This document shows, piece by piece, positions 38,595-53,036 of a stretch of DNA of 64,000 nucleotides. The notes under the pieces were generated by a model. That model saw only the letters and a list, made by a program, of their open reading frames with translations, had not been told where the DNA came from and did no database searches. Within the stretch, counting starts at the first letter, position 1. Each line of letters opens with the position of its first letter. The position numbers and the translations under genes are program-made. Origin of the DNA: Mobula hypostoma (lineage: Eukaryota); assembly GCF_963921235.1 (NCBI RefSeq), contig NC_086106.1, positions 24,986,001 through 25,050,000 of the forward strand, read 5' to 3'.

Positions 38595-39410
38595 ATAGGA
38601 TGCAGAAGTGGGCTGAGAAGTGGCAGATGGAGATCAACCCGGAGAAGTGTTAGGTGGTACACTTTGGAAGGACAAACTCCAGGGAAGAGTACAAAGTAAA
38701 AGGCAGATTACTTGGTAGAGTGGAGGAGCAGAGGGGTGTAGGGGAACAAGTTCATAGATCCCTGAAAGTTGCCTCACAGGTAGATAGGACAGATGAGTAA
38801 GCTTATGGGGTGTTAGTTTTCATAAGTCAAGGGATAGAGTTTAAAAGTCGCATTAGAGTCGCATTAATGCAGATCTATAAATATCTGGTTAGGCCACACT
38901 TGGAGCACTGTGTCCAGTTCTGTTCACTACACTGTAGGAAGGATGTGGAAGTATTGGAAAGAGTACGGAAGAGATTACCAGAATGCTGCCTGGTTTAGAG
39001 AGTGTGCATTAAGTTCAGAAAATAATGAAGCTAGGACATTATTCTTTGTTGAAAAGAAGGATGAGAGGAGACAGGATAGAGGCATACAGATATTAAGAGT
39101 ATTGAATAGAGTGGACAGCCAGAGCCTCTTTCCCGGGGCACCACTGTAGAGAAGAAGATGATATGCCTTTAAGGTAAGGGGTGGGAAGTTCAAGGGGTAT
39201 AGTAGAGGAAAGTTTTTTTACTCAGAGAGTGATTGGTGCGTGGAATGCACTTCCTGAGTCAGTTGTGGAGGGCAGATACACCAGTGAAATTTAACAGGCT
39301 GCCGTTCTGGTATATGGAGGAACCTAATTTGGGATGTAGGGTTTAAGGGTCGGCACAACATTGTGGGCCGACGGGCCTGTCGTGTGCTGTACCATTCTAT
39401 GGTCTATTTT
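38595..39410 (+). mobile_element. CR1 3' fragment
   Basis: QIYKYLVRPHLEHCVQFCSLHCRKDVEVLERV CR1 RT C-terminal motif. Confidence 0.8.
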
Positions 39411-39739
39411 CTATGTTCCAAACATGACCTCGGAGCTCTTAAACTCCATCCTTTGATTTCCAAATCGCAGCGAAACAGTTGCTCCGTCAACAATTCTGTG
39501 GTGCTGCTAAAAATCGTCATATGTACTCTATTCTGAGCCGGCAGAGAACCAGCTGAGAGCCGAGAGGTCCTCTGTAGGGTAGATAAATCACTGTATTGAT
39601 CACAAATTCTGGTTCGCTGAAAAATCGGTGCTTCGTTGCCGACTGAAGAAGTCGGAATTATCTGGCAGCCATGCAGGAAAAACTCTCTGCAACAATATCG
39701 AAAAGCCAATCGTCAGAGCCGGCTAACTTCAGTCATCTC

Positions 39740-40780
39740 TCGCTTCCAAATGGTGTGGCTCTTCAACAAAGACTGTCAGCGACGTGTCGATAACAGACTC
39801 TGACACCTTTTTTTCCGGGCAGGCAGCTGCGATAAATTCCTGAACTTAACCCAATATATTGACGATGACTTTGAAATGCGACAAGTTACAGGAGCAGGAT
39901 CCGTTGACTTACCAGCAGCATGCGACATTGTGAATTACAGAGGCCTTCTACAGACTTTATCTAAAATGTTAAAGAACGAACCCACAGTTAAAATAATAAG
40001 TAGGCTCCTAGAAATTCGTAGATTTTATGTAGAAATGAATGGAATTGAGAGTATGTGGCGTCTACGAAAGCACGGACTACCACAGGGCTCAGTCCTGGCA
40101 CCTTTACTATTTACTGTCTGCACAAATGATCAGCAAACCTTTCCTAACACTGGCAGGTTTATCTATGCAGACGACGTTTGCATAGGAACACAACCAAACA
40201 CCTTCCAAGAAGTTGAAGTACGACTTACAGCAGCCCTCGAAGCAATGAAGCAGTATTATGAAAAAAAAAAGTCTCTGAACCCAAATCCATCAGAAACTCA
40301 AGTGTCTGCATTCCACCTGAGGAATCGAGAAGCAGCTCGGAAACACAAGATCTTCTGGTGTGGGAAGGAGTTTGATCACCATCCGACTCAAATGTACCTG
40401 GGCGTGACACTGAGCAGGACGCTGTCATTTTCCACCGATATCCTAAACCACCGAGGGAAAGTTGCCGCTCGCAATTCACTTTTGAAAAATTAGCAGCACG
40501 AAATGGGGAGCTAATGCTCACACACTTTGATCAACTGCCCCAGCGCTCTGCTATGCACCTGCAGAATACTGCGCACCTGCGTGGGGCAGATCAGCCGATA
40601 CGAAGAAAATAGACCCGTTGATTAACGAAGACGGCCGAATAATCACGGGCGTACTGTACCCACACCCACAAACAATATTTACAGACTTGCAGGCATTGCT
40701 CTCTCAGAGATCGGAAGACACACTACAACAAAAACTTGAAGAGGTAAACAGAACTCGGATCCACTGCATCCAACTACAGC
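39740..40780 (+). mobile_element. Non-LTR retrotransposon RT fragment (Vingi/Ingi-like)
   Basis: GLPQGSVLAPLLFTVCTNDQ…FIYADD…YLGVTLSRTLSF; the clade assignment is from recall of the motif. Confidence 0.6.
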
Positions 40781-40789
40781 TTCAGGAAC

Positions 40790-41478
40790 TTGTTCATACG
40801 CTTTCAGTATATACTGCTTCACAATATCATAATCAAGTGCTTACTCAAAAAACTGAGATGCTCTACAAGAAGGGTCATAGCCATCTCTATTTTCTGAGGA
40901 GACTGAGGTCCTTTAACATCTGTCGGACGATGCTGAGGATGTTCTGCAAGTCTGTGTTGACCAGTGCTATCATATTTGCTGTTGTGTGCTGGGGCAGCAG
41001 GCCTGAGGGTAGCAGACTCCAACAGAATCAACAAACCCATTCGTAAGGCCAGTGATGTTGTGGAGATGGAACTGGACTCTCTGACAGTGGTGTCGGAAAA
41101 GAGGATGTTGTCCAAGTTGAATGCCATCTTGGACAATGACATCCATCCACTACATAATGTACTAGTTGGCACAGGACTACATTCAGCCAGAGCCTCTTTC
41201 CAATGAGATGCAACCCTGAGCCTCATAGGAAGTCATTCCTACCTGTGGCCGTCAAGCTTTACAACACCTCCCTTCGAGGGTCAGACACTCTGATCCAATA
41301 AGCTGGTCATGGACTACTTTCCATCTGGCATTATGTACATGTTGATATTTAAATAACTCTGCTTTTATATTACTATGTTTGTACTCTATTCTTCCTTGGT
41401 ACACATGTAACGAAACCCAATTTCCCTCGGAATCAATAAAGTATGTTTATCCATCTATCTATTTATCTATCTATCTAT
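40790..41478 (+). mobile_element. Rex1-like LINE 3' end with (TCTA)n tail
   Basis: KKGHSHLYFLRRLRSFNICRTML…IIFAVVCWG; AATAAA then a tctatcta tail. Confidence 0.75.
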
Positions 41479-44400
41479 CGGTCTGCTTATCTAAAAGGTG
41501 AGATATTGTGAAAGTAACTAAACACTGTCTTTAGGTTGCGCCGAAATGTTGGATTCCCGGCGCTGCTGCCCCTGTAAGAAACCTTTTGCAGGTGTGTTCT
41601 TTGCAGACGGTTGCACACAGTTCCAGGATATCAACCCATAGCGTATACATATATGAACAGTTTGTCTCGAGTTGAAACTCCATTTACACGTGTAGGTGTG
41701 TACTGTCTTGGACATTTTAAGGTGAAGGGAAAAACCAGTGCAGTGACGAAGTATGTGGTTATATTAACCCGTTCATGTATACGAGTTCTTTACATTTAGG
41801 CGATATCTTCTTTGGATACAAATTATTTTGTTAGCTTTATAGCAAGAGAAATACAAGTTAGGGAACCACTATTGGATAGTACGGCAGACGTTAGTGAAGC
41901 TGACAAGTGAGGTAGGCCGGACCATTGAAAACTGGAGCCATTCCGAGCTCATTGATGTCCTCCTACAGAAGGGAATTAAGTGGATTTCGAGCCACACCCA
42001 CAGGTGGCTCATATCATGGTGGAAACTTCAGATATTAGTTAGGTCTGCGTGAACGTATATTAGTTCCAACATGAAGGTATACAATCTGGACGAAGAGGTT
42101 TTTCCACGCAGTCCTTTGCAAAGAAGTGGCTATTATCAATGTGGTGCAATCACTAATGCATGCCCTGACCACACTGCTTTAGAAGAATAAACATTAAACC
42201 ATCTGTTGGTTCTGAAGAGCACACAATGTCCTTCAGGGGTGTTCCTAAAAGCAGGCATATTTACTCGTCGTAAATGGAAGCAACTAGAATATATGACGAA
42301 AATGACTCGGAAATAGTCGGCCAATGAGTACTTACCATTGTTACCGGAACGTCATAAAATATCAAGTATAGCGCACATTTTCTTCGCAGGGGATATTATG
42401 ATTATAGTTTAAACGCAGCGCCTCAGAACGCATTGAAAATTCAAGTTTTTTCAAGGAAGAAGATGATTTTGACTGAGTTACTGCCTTGACAACTCCATTA
42501 TGTTATGGTATCCTCTGGCCTAGGACATTTGCATATATGTTAAGATGTTTATGGATGAAAATATAATCTCTGCTATTTCAGTTGACTGTAGTAATTATGA
42601 TATTGCAATAACTGATGGCGGAGATGTAGTAGCCCTGTATCTGTTTTCTGTCTGTCTGTATTGTATATTACGTTGTTAGATTTATTGTTACGATGATTTA
42701 TCATTTGACGTTGGGATTGTTGAAGGAATATTATATAGTCACATATTCTGCCTTTGTGCCGTAGATTTAGCATAGCTTTGATTTATTTTGTGCTTATTTC
42801 ACTATTGCGCTTATTTTGCTAACTGTGCTTTTTACGCAGAACGCCTCAATATCGATAATTTTTATCACCTGTCTTTTCTTGTTTCGTAATAAATTATCGA
42901 GCATTCTTTGTCGACCTGATAATCACTTATTTTGAGGCACATAATACACTGTTAATTCGCTTCTTCATCATCTCTGAGGATTTGTATTATATATATTTTT
43001 TCAACCTGCTGCTACGAGTGGCGACGAGGTGCTTTCAAACCAGCCCGAGACAATTCATCATTATCATCATCAGCTGCCATGCCCAGTTTGAACTTTGACT
43101 GCCATGGTCCATACACTCCTCTTTCGGGTCAAGGGAATCAATTCATTGCTATTCATTTCTCGTTCTTTGGCTGCCATCATCATTTGTCTGTGCCTTCCTT
43201 TTGCTTTCCTCCCTTCAATCGTTCCCATAATTATCGTGCATTAAAACTCCTCTTTCCTAATCACATATCCAATGAAGTTACAATGACCTACTCAATGCAC
43301 AGCACTTTTTTTTTCTTCAGAATGGTCATCGAGACGTTCCGGTTAAAAACAAAAGAAAAAGGAACACGTGCTTCCGGGACATTGGTTGTTCCCCTGTTCG
43401 TAAACAGACAGTACGGCTTATAATAACAGAAAGTAATCATAAACTGGACAGTATATAAAGAAGGATTTAGCATGTGTGTTTTTTTTATTTCAATGCGGAA
43501 TCAAATCTGACGTACCTGAATAGAGCAAATTAACAGAACACTGACAATTTGTTGATGCTCTTTGTGAACACTGATTGGTCGTTCAGTTTAGAACGTGGAA
43601 ATTTACGACAGAAGATATAGAAACACTTGCTGGTTACACAGCTCATATTTAAAAGAACAATTAACAAAAATGTATCAATGAAAACCGCAGCAGAGACGCA
43701 ATTCAGTTGCGGTCAGGAATGAAATTCAGCGTGAAAAACTTACAACGTCTGAGCAGATACGTTCCTGCTGACGAAACTGTCTTTCTTTTCTTGTAGGGGC
43801 TCCGACACATCATAACAATGCAATTTTAAAGGTGAAAGTTGCAGAGATATGCAACAAGGTAAGACATGCCGGGCAAACAGGAATAAACGGACTGCACAAG
43901 TAAGAGCAAGAGAAAAAAAAAGTCAAGGGTCAGTTTCCAAAGAGCACCAATCAGCCTGACTTTGACGATAAATTCTGATAAAGAAAAGTGTCAACGGACG
44001 TGTAGCCTTGAGATTTACAATCTGTAAATTAACAAGAGACAATCAGTAAGGGATAAACAGAATAGAACGGTAAAATAATTGACACTCTCTCGGCTGCGAC
44101 AGTCAGTCTTTCCAATGAGCGTGAAAAAGAAGCTGGCAGATAATCAACCTATTGTGGAAAACAAATAACTACTGTATGAATGACATTAGTAATGGAAAAT
44201 GCAACAGTCAATAAGACCAGCAATGTGGGTCGCTTTTGGCTGAGAAGACTACAACTTGATTGGAGATGCATCCAGTGTTTGCTTGCAAATCCCTTAAAAA
44301 TCAACTGAAGGTGAAGTAATAAAGGTACTGGATAATGCCACAGCAGTGTTGAGTATATTTCAGAATTTTTCCAGCGGATCAAGAGTAAAATATTATCAAC

Positions 44401-45269
44401 TGAATATTTCACATACTAGTTATACATTGCATTTCCGTTCCTTGCACCATCCCTAGTTTGGAGTGTTAAGCCTTTTAACCAGCACAGGGTTGGGAACCAG
44501 ATTACCTTCATTAATGATCATCAATCACTTATGTCTATTCTAGATCCAGATAAGCATGTTTCACTGTGGGTAACGGTACGAATACAGAGACAAACGGCTG
44601 AGACAAACTGAAAACTTCTCAAACAAGGAGAACAAAGTTTCAGTTTGAGACAAATAGTTCTGGCGAGGAAATAAGTTGGTGATCAAAAGCGAGTGCTTGA
44701 AAAGTTTAAGGACAGAACTGGATCACTGCCCTGGACAGTAGAGATTATGTTCTATATCCTCCGGAGACAACACATTGAACAGTTGGGGAAATTAGAATCA
44801 ATCGATGAGAAGAAAGAACTCCAGAGAAGTCAAAAAAGCCTTCTGGATTCCCAGACTCAATTCCTGCTACCCGAAATTTGGCAGCCCCCAGTCTGATATT
44901 GGTTTATTGCAACAAATTTCACCTGTCAGGTAGAATTATACTCCCACTGCCCTTGACAAGAAAGAAGATATCCCACAGGTAAAAGAGAATTATCCAGAGA
45001 CAGTCAACCTACGAGTCTGAATGAGGCAATTCAAACTTCACGGTACTGTGGATGTTAATAGTTTAAATATATTGTTTGATAAAGCATTAATTGGATGGTG
45101 ACATAACTCATTACATGTTTCATAAACTTAAGTGCATGAGAGGCAAAAGTCATTACGCCGCGCCATGAAAAAAAAACGCTAAGTAGAAACGCTTTCTATG
45201 CTCCCGTCTGTTTCCTTAGATTATTTTGACTAAATAACAGTGAAGTCGGATGTGAATCACCGAGTGTTC

Positions 45270-46562
45270 CTTGAAGCCAGATGGTTCCTTGAAGCCAGAT
45301 GGACTATTACTCTTCTCACCCTGTCTCTTACAATAACACCATCCCCTTCTTGCAATTCCTCCATCTCCGCCGCATCTGCTCCCAGGATGAGGCTTTTCAT
45401 TCTAGGAAGAGGGAGATGTCTTCCTTTTTTAAAGAAAGGGGCTTCCCTTCCTCCACTATCAACTCTGCTCTTAAACGTATCTCCCCCATTTCACGTACAC
45501 ATGCTCTCACTCCATCTTCCCGCCACCCCACTAGGAATAGGGTTCCCCTGGTCCTCACCTAACACCCCACCAGCCTCCGGATCCAACATATTATTTTCCG
45601 TAACTTCCGCCACCTCCAACGGGACCCCACCACTAAGCACATCTTTCCCTCCCCCCACCCCACTGCATTCCGCAAGGATCGCTCCCTACGCAACTCCCTT
45701 GTCCATTCGCCCGCCCCCCCCCCATCCCTCCCTACTGATCTCCCTCCTGGCACTTATCCGTGTAAGCGGAACAAGTGCTACACATGCTCTTACACTTCCT
45801 CCCTTACCACCATTCAGGGCCCCATACAGTCCTTCCAGGTGAGGCAACACTTCATCTGTGAGTCGACTGGGGTGATCTATTGCGTCCGGTGCTCCCGATG
45901 TGGCCTTTTATATATTGGAGAGACCCGACGCAGACTGGGAGACTGCTTTGCTGAACATCTACGCTCTGTCCGCCAGAGAAAGCAGGATCTCCCAGTGGCC
46001 ACACATTTTAATTTCACATCCCATTCCCATTCTGACATGTCTATCCACGGCCTCCTCTACTGTAAAGATGAAGCCACACTGAGGTTAGAGGAACAACACC
46101 TGATATTCCGTCTGGGTAGCCTCCAACCTGATGGCATGAACATCGACTTCTCTAACTTCCGTTTAATGCCCCACCTCCCCCTCGTACCCCGTCTGTTACT
46201 TATTTTTATGCGCACATTCTTTCTCTCACTCTCATTTTTCTCCCTCTGTCCCTCTGAATATACCCCTTGCCCAGTCTCTGGGTCCACACCCCACCCCTTG
46301 TCTTTCTTCCCGGACCTCCTGTCCCATGATCCTCTCGTATCCCTTTTGCCTATCACCTGTCCAGCTCTCGTCTCTATCCCTCCCCCTATTGTCTTCTCCT
46401 ATCATTTTGGATCTCTCCCTCCCCCTCCAACTTTCAAATCCCTTACTCACTCTTCCTTCAGTTAGTCCTGTCGAAGGATCTTGGCCTGAAACGTCGACTG
46501 CACCTCTTCCTAGAGATTCTGCCTGGCCTGCTGCGTTCACCAGCAACTTTTATGTGTGTTGC
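45270..46562 (+). mobile_element. Penelope-like element 3' portion (GIY-YIG + terminal repeat region)
   Basis: IPFLQFLHLRRICSQDEAF; CVRCSRCGLLYIGETRRRLGDCFAEHLRS…EEQHLIFRLGSLQPDGMN; a short tandem duplication at the 5' junction (45263-45302). Confidence 0.9.
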
Positions 46563-49500
46563 TGGTGTTATGAACGCCGTCTTCCACTCATCTTCATAGC
46601 GGTCTATAGAACCAGTTTGGTGAAGCTCCAGTTTGAGAGTGTTTTAATGCACTATCCATTGAGTGGAGCGTTTGGCATTCTATATATTTATTTTGTAAAG
46701 TCTACAGTAGTGAATGCATGGATGAACACCACAATTTATTCTCTTTTCTTACACATAATGACTCTACACTGGCGCTGAGGACTGGGATTTTTGAATGGGG
46801 GCATTCCGTAGCGCATCGGAGAATAACTCATTCAAGGCTCTGGCCTCAGGATGAGCGAAGTATAACAGACGAATCGGGCAGGGGAGATTCCCAGGAGTTA
46901 TGGTCCTCCTGCTGCTGTGAGGCAGCAGAATGCAGGTTTCCATTTTACTAAAGGCAATGGCTAAGTAAGTGTATTCCTGGGGGAATTTGGTAAGGTCGTG
47001 AGATTTACCGGGTGAAGTCAATTGAAGTTGCAGGCAGATGACTTCCCCAGCTCATCACTGAGCCTGATGACTTGGCGAAATGAGGGTGGTAACTCAATAC
47101 GATATGAGTTTTGGGTGAGTCGGTAAGTACGAATTTGTGGACACGACCTATTTATTCGACGATGTTCAATTTAACAGGTCCTCTGGGCGTTCTGACCATC
47201 TTAATCCCAATGGGAAGTCCATCACGTTCCGTTTATGCAGAGGTGGTAGAGATCAGCTGGATGGGCGGTCGGACTTGCACACAGAGAGCCATTTCCAGAA
47301 GGTTGCATCCTGCACTGAGTAGATTATGGACTTCTATCCACGTAGAGCTGTCGAGGCGTGGAGGAAGACAGAGTGAGAGAATAAGGCTTTGTTACAGAAA
47401 GGACCAAGAAGGAATTCGTCTCCACCTGCTTGTGCCGTTTCTTGGGCGAAGTGGAAAAAGGATGTGTGGGTGATCGGAAGCTGTGTAGTAAGGGCAAATT
47501 ATGTCACTGCACTAGTCCTTCATACTGTTGGGGCTGGGAGCTGTAAGGGTCTGGGCAATAAGTATCTCCTGCTGCCATCACTGGTTCTGTGCGCCTTGAT
47601 GATGAGGATCCTGCAGCCTGAACTATTTCTGGGAACGAAATAAGCTTCCTGCATGTTATTTTAGGGGGTCGTCCCATCAGCAAGTTCTGAATTATGATGG
47701 CTAGAAGGTTAGAAGTATTTGTTTTCGTTGGGCCTCTCACCGGTGTACAACTCGCACAGGTGCCCTGATATATTCTGATGCTAATAGGCGAATAGCGCTT
47801 TCAAAATCCAGTCCTGAAATTGACGATGTTAACGAGAACCGAGCATGAAACACAAAAGGCGAAGTATCTGATATGCTAATCACTATCCACTTCCTTGATG
47901 GTCGAATAGCGGAAGCAACTAAACAACGTATTAGTAATAATTATTACAAATAACGGTTTTATTTTCCCAAATCAAGGTGGCCCCGACAGAGTCCCAATTT
48001 AGGAGAGAGATTAGGAGGGCTATCTTGGCTCTGTGCATGGAATATAGAGATAGCAGGAGCTCGAAGTGTAAGATACCACTAGTCCAGGAAGTTGGAACAC
48101 CTTGTTGCAGATCTGTTGAAGCGTTCGTGTACTGCAATGTTGGACTCAGAGCTAGGAGGTAGAATGGCGTTCTATTGCTTGTGCGATATGAAAGGTTGTT
48201 TGAAATTGGCGACCGTGTGATCAATAGCTTCCTGCTCCTATGGGATCCTGTGCTTCTGTCGACAGTTGATTTCCTTTGCAAGACCATATTTTGTTGGGTC
48301 AATAACTGGATCACCCATCCTGTAAAAAATGTAGAACAGGCTTCACTTAAAAACTAGAGCAGCGGATCCGACTTACAAGTAAACGCGCACGCCAATCTGA
48401 AGTTAACACATCCAAATATTCAGTTGATGAAGGATATGGAGAAGAATTGTTGACTCCCAAACGTGGACATTCTAATAAAACTGACACCGGATGCTAGTGT
48501 TCAATGCCAGATAACACGGATTTATACATCAAAATAATAGTCGCCATCACGCCTCACAATGTAGAGCGGTGTTTTCAATGTGGATTAACATTGGGAAAGC
48601 TATTTCGGAGCAGGAGACAATTGATCACGACTTTTCTACAGAATGGTTACCAAGGGAATGAGATTTATCGGGGCCTTAAAAAGGAAGATGGGAAAAAAAA
48701 AACAAAAAAAAAAGGGGGAACCTCAGATCGCGGAAGAAGCTACCAACTGCCTTCCCTATTTCGCCGTTGATTATGAAAAGTCTCCAGAATCCTGAAGAAG
48801 TGACGGATTAATGCCTCCCACAAACAGGAAAGGGAGCTCACATTTCAGGTTTTGTGGTTCAATGCTGACCCGGGACTCCGTGCGGCTAGATTCCCTATTG
48901 CATATAAAGCAGCGAGTTTTGCCCAGACGGGACAAGCCGTGGAAAATTGAAGTGGGCAGAGGAGCTGTGTGCACTTGGTTTACTTGGAGAAGTGTACGGC
49001 CGCAGAAGATGGCATAGGCAATCCCTACACGAGTGCAGTCGACGACGCAAAGCTACTGTCCTGTGCCGATGGCTTTTGGACCAGCTGGTAAAGAAAACGT
49101 TGAAATAAGACCAGAGAATTAGAAAGTCATCAAAGAGAAAGTTGAGACTATAAGTTAGAACTGGAAGAGAAGTTTACACACAATAGGAAAAAGGAAACGT
49201 ATTCGTTCAGGACTAGCCAATCAAGAAGGACTGATTTGGGAATTGAGTATGAATGTCACTGGACTTGACATGTCTACACTTATTCCTCATGCAAATGACA
49301 GAGTTTGGCACCGAAGCGTAGATTATGATCGACACTTTGACAGTTCGAACCGGCAGTAAGTCGAGGGGAGTATATGTGGCATCAAGTATCGCACATACTC
49401 TTATGTGAAATTTCTATATACCGAAAAAGAAAGCTCTCCTGAACACATTTTACAAGCACCACCTCATCGAGTCCTTTTACCGCATGGGAGTTCCAGACAA

Positions 49501-52500
49501 TATGTGGGAAGTTATTGTCACCTATTTAACAACCCTGTGTTTCTTGCATTGCTCTGCGAAGTCTCTACAAATTTCTTCCTTTCAGACCCCGATTACTGAG
49601 TGATCTGTAATATAGACCGATTGATGTGGAAATGCCTTTCGCAATTCCCAGCTCATACATAACGCCTCACTTAGTTGAGTTATTTACGTTGTACTGACTG
49701 AGCATTGTCATGAATTTTCACTAACTCGTAACACAATCGTTTCTCATTTGAATGCTGCTCTTCTCTCGCGTCCTAAGCAAAGGAACCGCGGGATAATGAG
49801 TTGTTATTCCTATCAATTCTGCACCAAGTCTCACAACTGGCTACAATATATAATTTCCTGCGTCCATCTATGCCCTGAGCTGAACTGACTTTGTGAAGAT
49901 TCCTCTAGTAGTGAAATAAACGCAAGTCAGGACATCCGGCACAACATTCTCCAAGTTTTGATTGCTGATATTGTCTGAAATGTTAACAACGTCTATCTTT
50001 CTACTATCTGCTCTTACGCTCTACGGCCCAACACTACCAAATCTTCAGAGTAGTACATTGTCCCTCCTCTAATTTAATTGTAACCGTCTGTTCTGTAGAG
50101 AACGCACTTTCCCTGGAAGACAGCTGAATAATCCAAAAATCTCACGTGCTCCCTCATAGACCAACTCTTTATTTAACTGTATCATTTACCAACTTCTGGC
50201 CTCACGAGGGCTTCGCACAGGGAACAATGCTGAGATCACAGCTCTGGAGATCCTATCCTCTAGCGTAGATTCCAAATCATTCAGATCACTGCAGAACCTG
50301 GTCAGTCTTACTATTAATGTCACTGCTACTTACGTGGGCCACGACATCTGGTTGTTCGAACACCCATCTAAAATTCTGAAAACTCGATTCGGGAGGTCCT
50401 GGACACTGGCACTGTGGATTAACAGTTCCGTGAGAGCAGCACTTACTGGGCAACTCAAAGCTTGTGTTGCCGGTATTCAGCAGCAGTACAAGATACGCAG
50501 CCATGATCCGCGCAACATAAATATGGCAGCAAAACAACACTACAGGAACAACATCGAGCCACAACTTTTACCAACTACCACCTCAACTTACGACAAGGTC
50601 TGTACACCATCGCAGACTCAGAGCTAAAGGCAGTGGATTTTCCAACATCGCTGCCTCTCTCCCAGACGAGCTAAATCTTTGTACGCTTGATGCCCTGTTG
50701 CCAATACTGAGCCCCTGAGGAGAGCTGCAAATGATGTGACCGGCACCCTGGTTATTTCTGAGGCTGAAATGCGCAGGTGTTTCCAACGAGTGGACATTCA
50801 CCAGACTGTGGGACCGGACGGCATCCCAGCGCGAGTACTCATGAAGTGCGCGGCACCGCAGGCAGATTGGGTAACAGACATTCATAATCTATCCGCCTCC
50901 CAATGTAGAGTGCCATCCTGCATCAAAACATCGGTCATCGGTTATTGTTTCTGTATCTGAAATGACCAAGGTAACATGTCCGGACGCCTGATGTACTGTT
51001 AGACTCTCCTCGGTAACAAGCAAATGCTTTGAGTGGCAGTTAGGGACTATATCTGAGGCATGCTACAACCATACTGAACCCCCTACAATTCAGCTGTCAA
51101 CATAACCGTACAGTAGATGACTCAATAGCCCCATTAATGCATGCCTCTTCGTCGGTTATGTGCCGCAACTATGCCTGTCTCTTCGTTGGTTATCTGGAAC
51201 AGTCTATGCTCCAAACCTATACTGATATTGTTCCCCAACTTTTCCTTCTCTGCATTGACGACTACATTGGTGCTGCTTCCTGCACAAGTGCAGAGTTCGT
51301 CAATTTTATCGACTTTACTTCAAACTTCCACCCAGCCCTTTAAATCACTTGGCGCATCTCGGACACTTCTCTCCCCTTTCTTGATCACGCGGTCTCCATC
51401 TCTGGAGACAGACTGTCCACTGAAACCTTCTATAAGCCCACTGATTCTCATAACTCCCTGGACTATACCTCCTCCCACCCAGCCACATGCAAAAATGCCA
51501 TTCCCTTTTTCCAGTCTCAGCAGCATCTGCTCCCAAGATGAGGCTTTCCGTTCCAGGACATCTCAAATATCCTCTTTCTGAAGGGGCTTGGTTTCCCTTC
51601 TGCCGTCATCTCTGATGCCCTCGCCCGCATCTCCTCCATTTCCCGCACTTCGGCCCTCACCCCATCCTCCCGTCACCACAACAGGGACAGAATTCCCCTT
51701 GCCCTCACATACCACCCCACCAGCATCCGGATCCAGCAGATTACCCTCCCCAACTTCAGCTACCTTCAACAAGTCACCACCAATATGCACATTGTTCCTC
51801 TTCAGCCCTATCCGCCTTCTGCAGTGATCGTTAGATCCGCCACACCCTGGTCCACACGCCCCTTCGCACGGATCTCCCGCCCGGGACTTATCCCTGTAAG
51901 CATAAGTGCTACACCTATCCCTACACCTCTCTTGCCACCATTCAGGGCCCCAACTAGTCCTTCCAGGTGAAACAACACCTCGCTTGTGAGTCTGTTGGGG
52001 TTACCTTTTGCATCGCTGCTCCCGGTGCGGCATCCTCTACATCGGTGAAACCCGAGGCAGATTGGGGGACCGCTTCCTCGAGCACATCCGCTCCGTCTGC
52101 CACAACAGACAGGATCTCCCGGTTGCCACCCACATCAAGTCTGCTTCGCATTCCCAGTCGGATATGTCCATGCATGGCCTCCTATGCTGCCATGATGAGG
52201 CTAAACTCAGATTGGAGGAGCAACACCAAATATACCGTCTGGGTAGTCTCCAGCCTCTGGGTATGCAAATTGAATTCCCCAGCTTCCGGTGGTTCCCTTC
52301 TCCCTCTTCACCCATCCCAGTTTTACTCTGCCCCCTCCCCCAGCTGCCTATCACCTCCCTTAGGGTTCCGCCTCCTTCTACTACCCGTTCTGTTTTCCCC
52401 TATTTCTTCTTCACCTTTTCTGTCTATCCCTTCCTGCTTCCCCTTCCATACCCCTTTATCTTTTCAATTTCTGTTTTTTATTTTTCACCTGGCTCCTAGC

Positions 52501-52904
52501 AGCCTCTCCTTCCCATCCTCCCCCAACCTTCTCTATAGGGCCTCTGCCCCTTCCCTCTTCAGTCCTGATGAATGCTTCCGGCCCAAAATATTGACTGATC
52601 ATTTCTCCTCCAGCGTGTTGTGTGTGTACCTCTGTTGTATGTATTACTGCTGTTGTTGTGTGTGTACCTCTGTTGTATGTATTAATGTTGTTCTTGGACT
52701 ACCGTTCATCATTCAAAACTGTAATTCCCTCCAGGCTCAAAAAGAAGTTCAGAGACATCGGTCTTCACTCTGACTTCTGTAGCTGGATCCTGGACTTTCT
52801 GTCAGTTCGCCGCAGGTGGTAAGAAAGGGCACCCTCACCACTGCCCCTCTGACTCTGAACACATGCGGCCCAGATCTGTGTACAAGCCTCCTCCTTTACT
52901 CTTC

Positions 52905-53036
52905 AAACAACAGGAATTCTGCAGATGCTGGAAATTCAAGCAACATACATCAAAGTTGCTGGTGAACGCAGCAGGCCAGGCAGCATCTATAGGAAGAGGC
53001 GCAGTCGACGTTTCAGGCCGAGACCCTTCGTCAGGA
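52905..53036 (-). mobile_element. ~132-bp Penelope 3'-end-derived insertion, present only in copy B
   Basis: Reverse complement of the 2074-2210 element; flanked by an 11-bp direct repeat ctttactcttc (52894-52904 / 53037-53047); empty site in copy A at ~5121-5131. Confidence 0.88.

Noticed and set aside
43797-43858. 62-bp exon-like segment with strong acceptor and donor
   Set aside because: Only one open frame with no recognisable protein and no partner exons; insufficient without RNA data.
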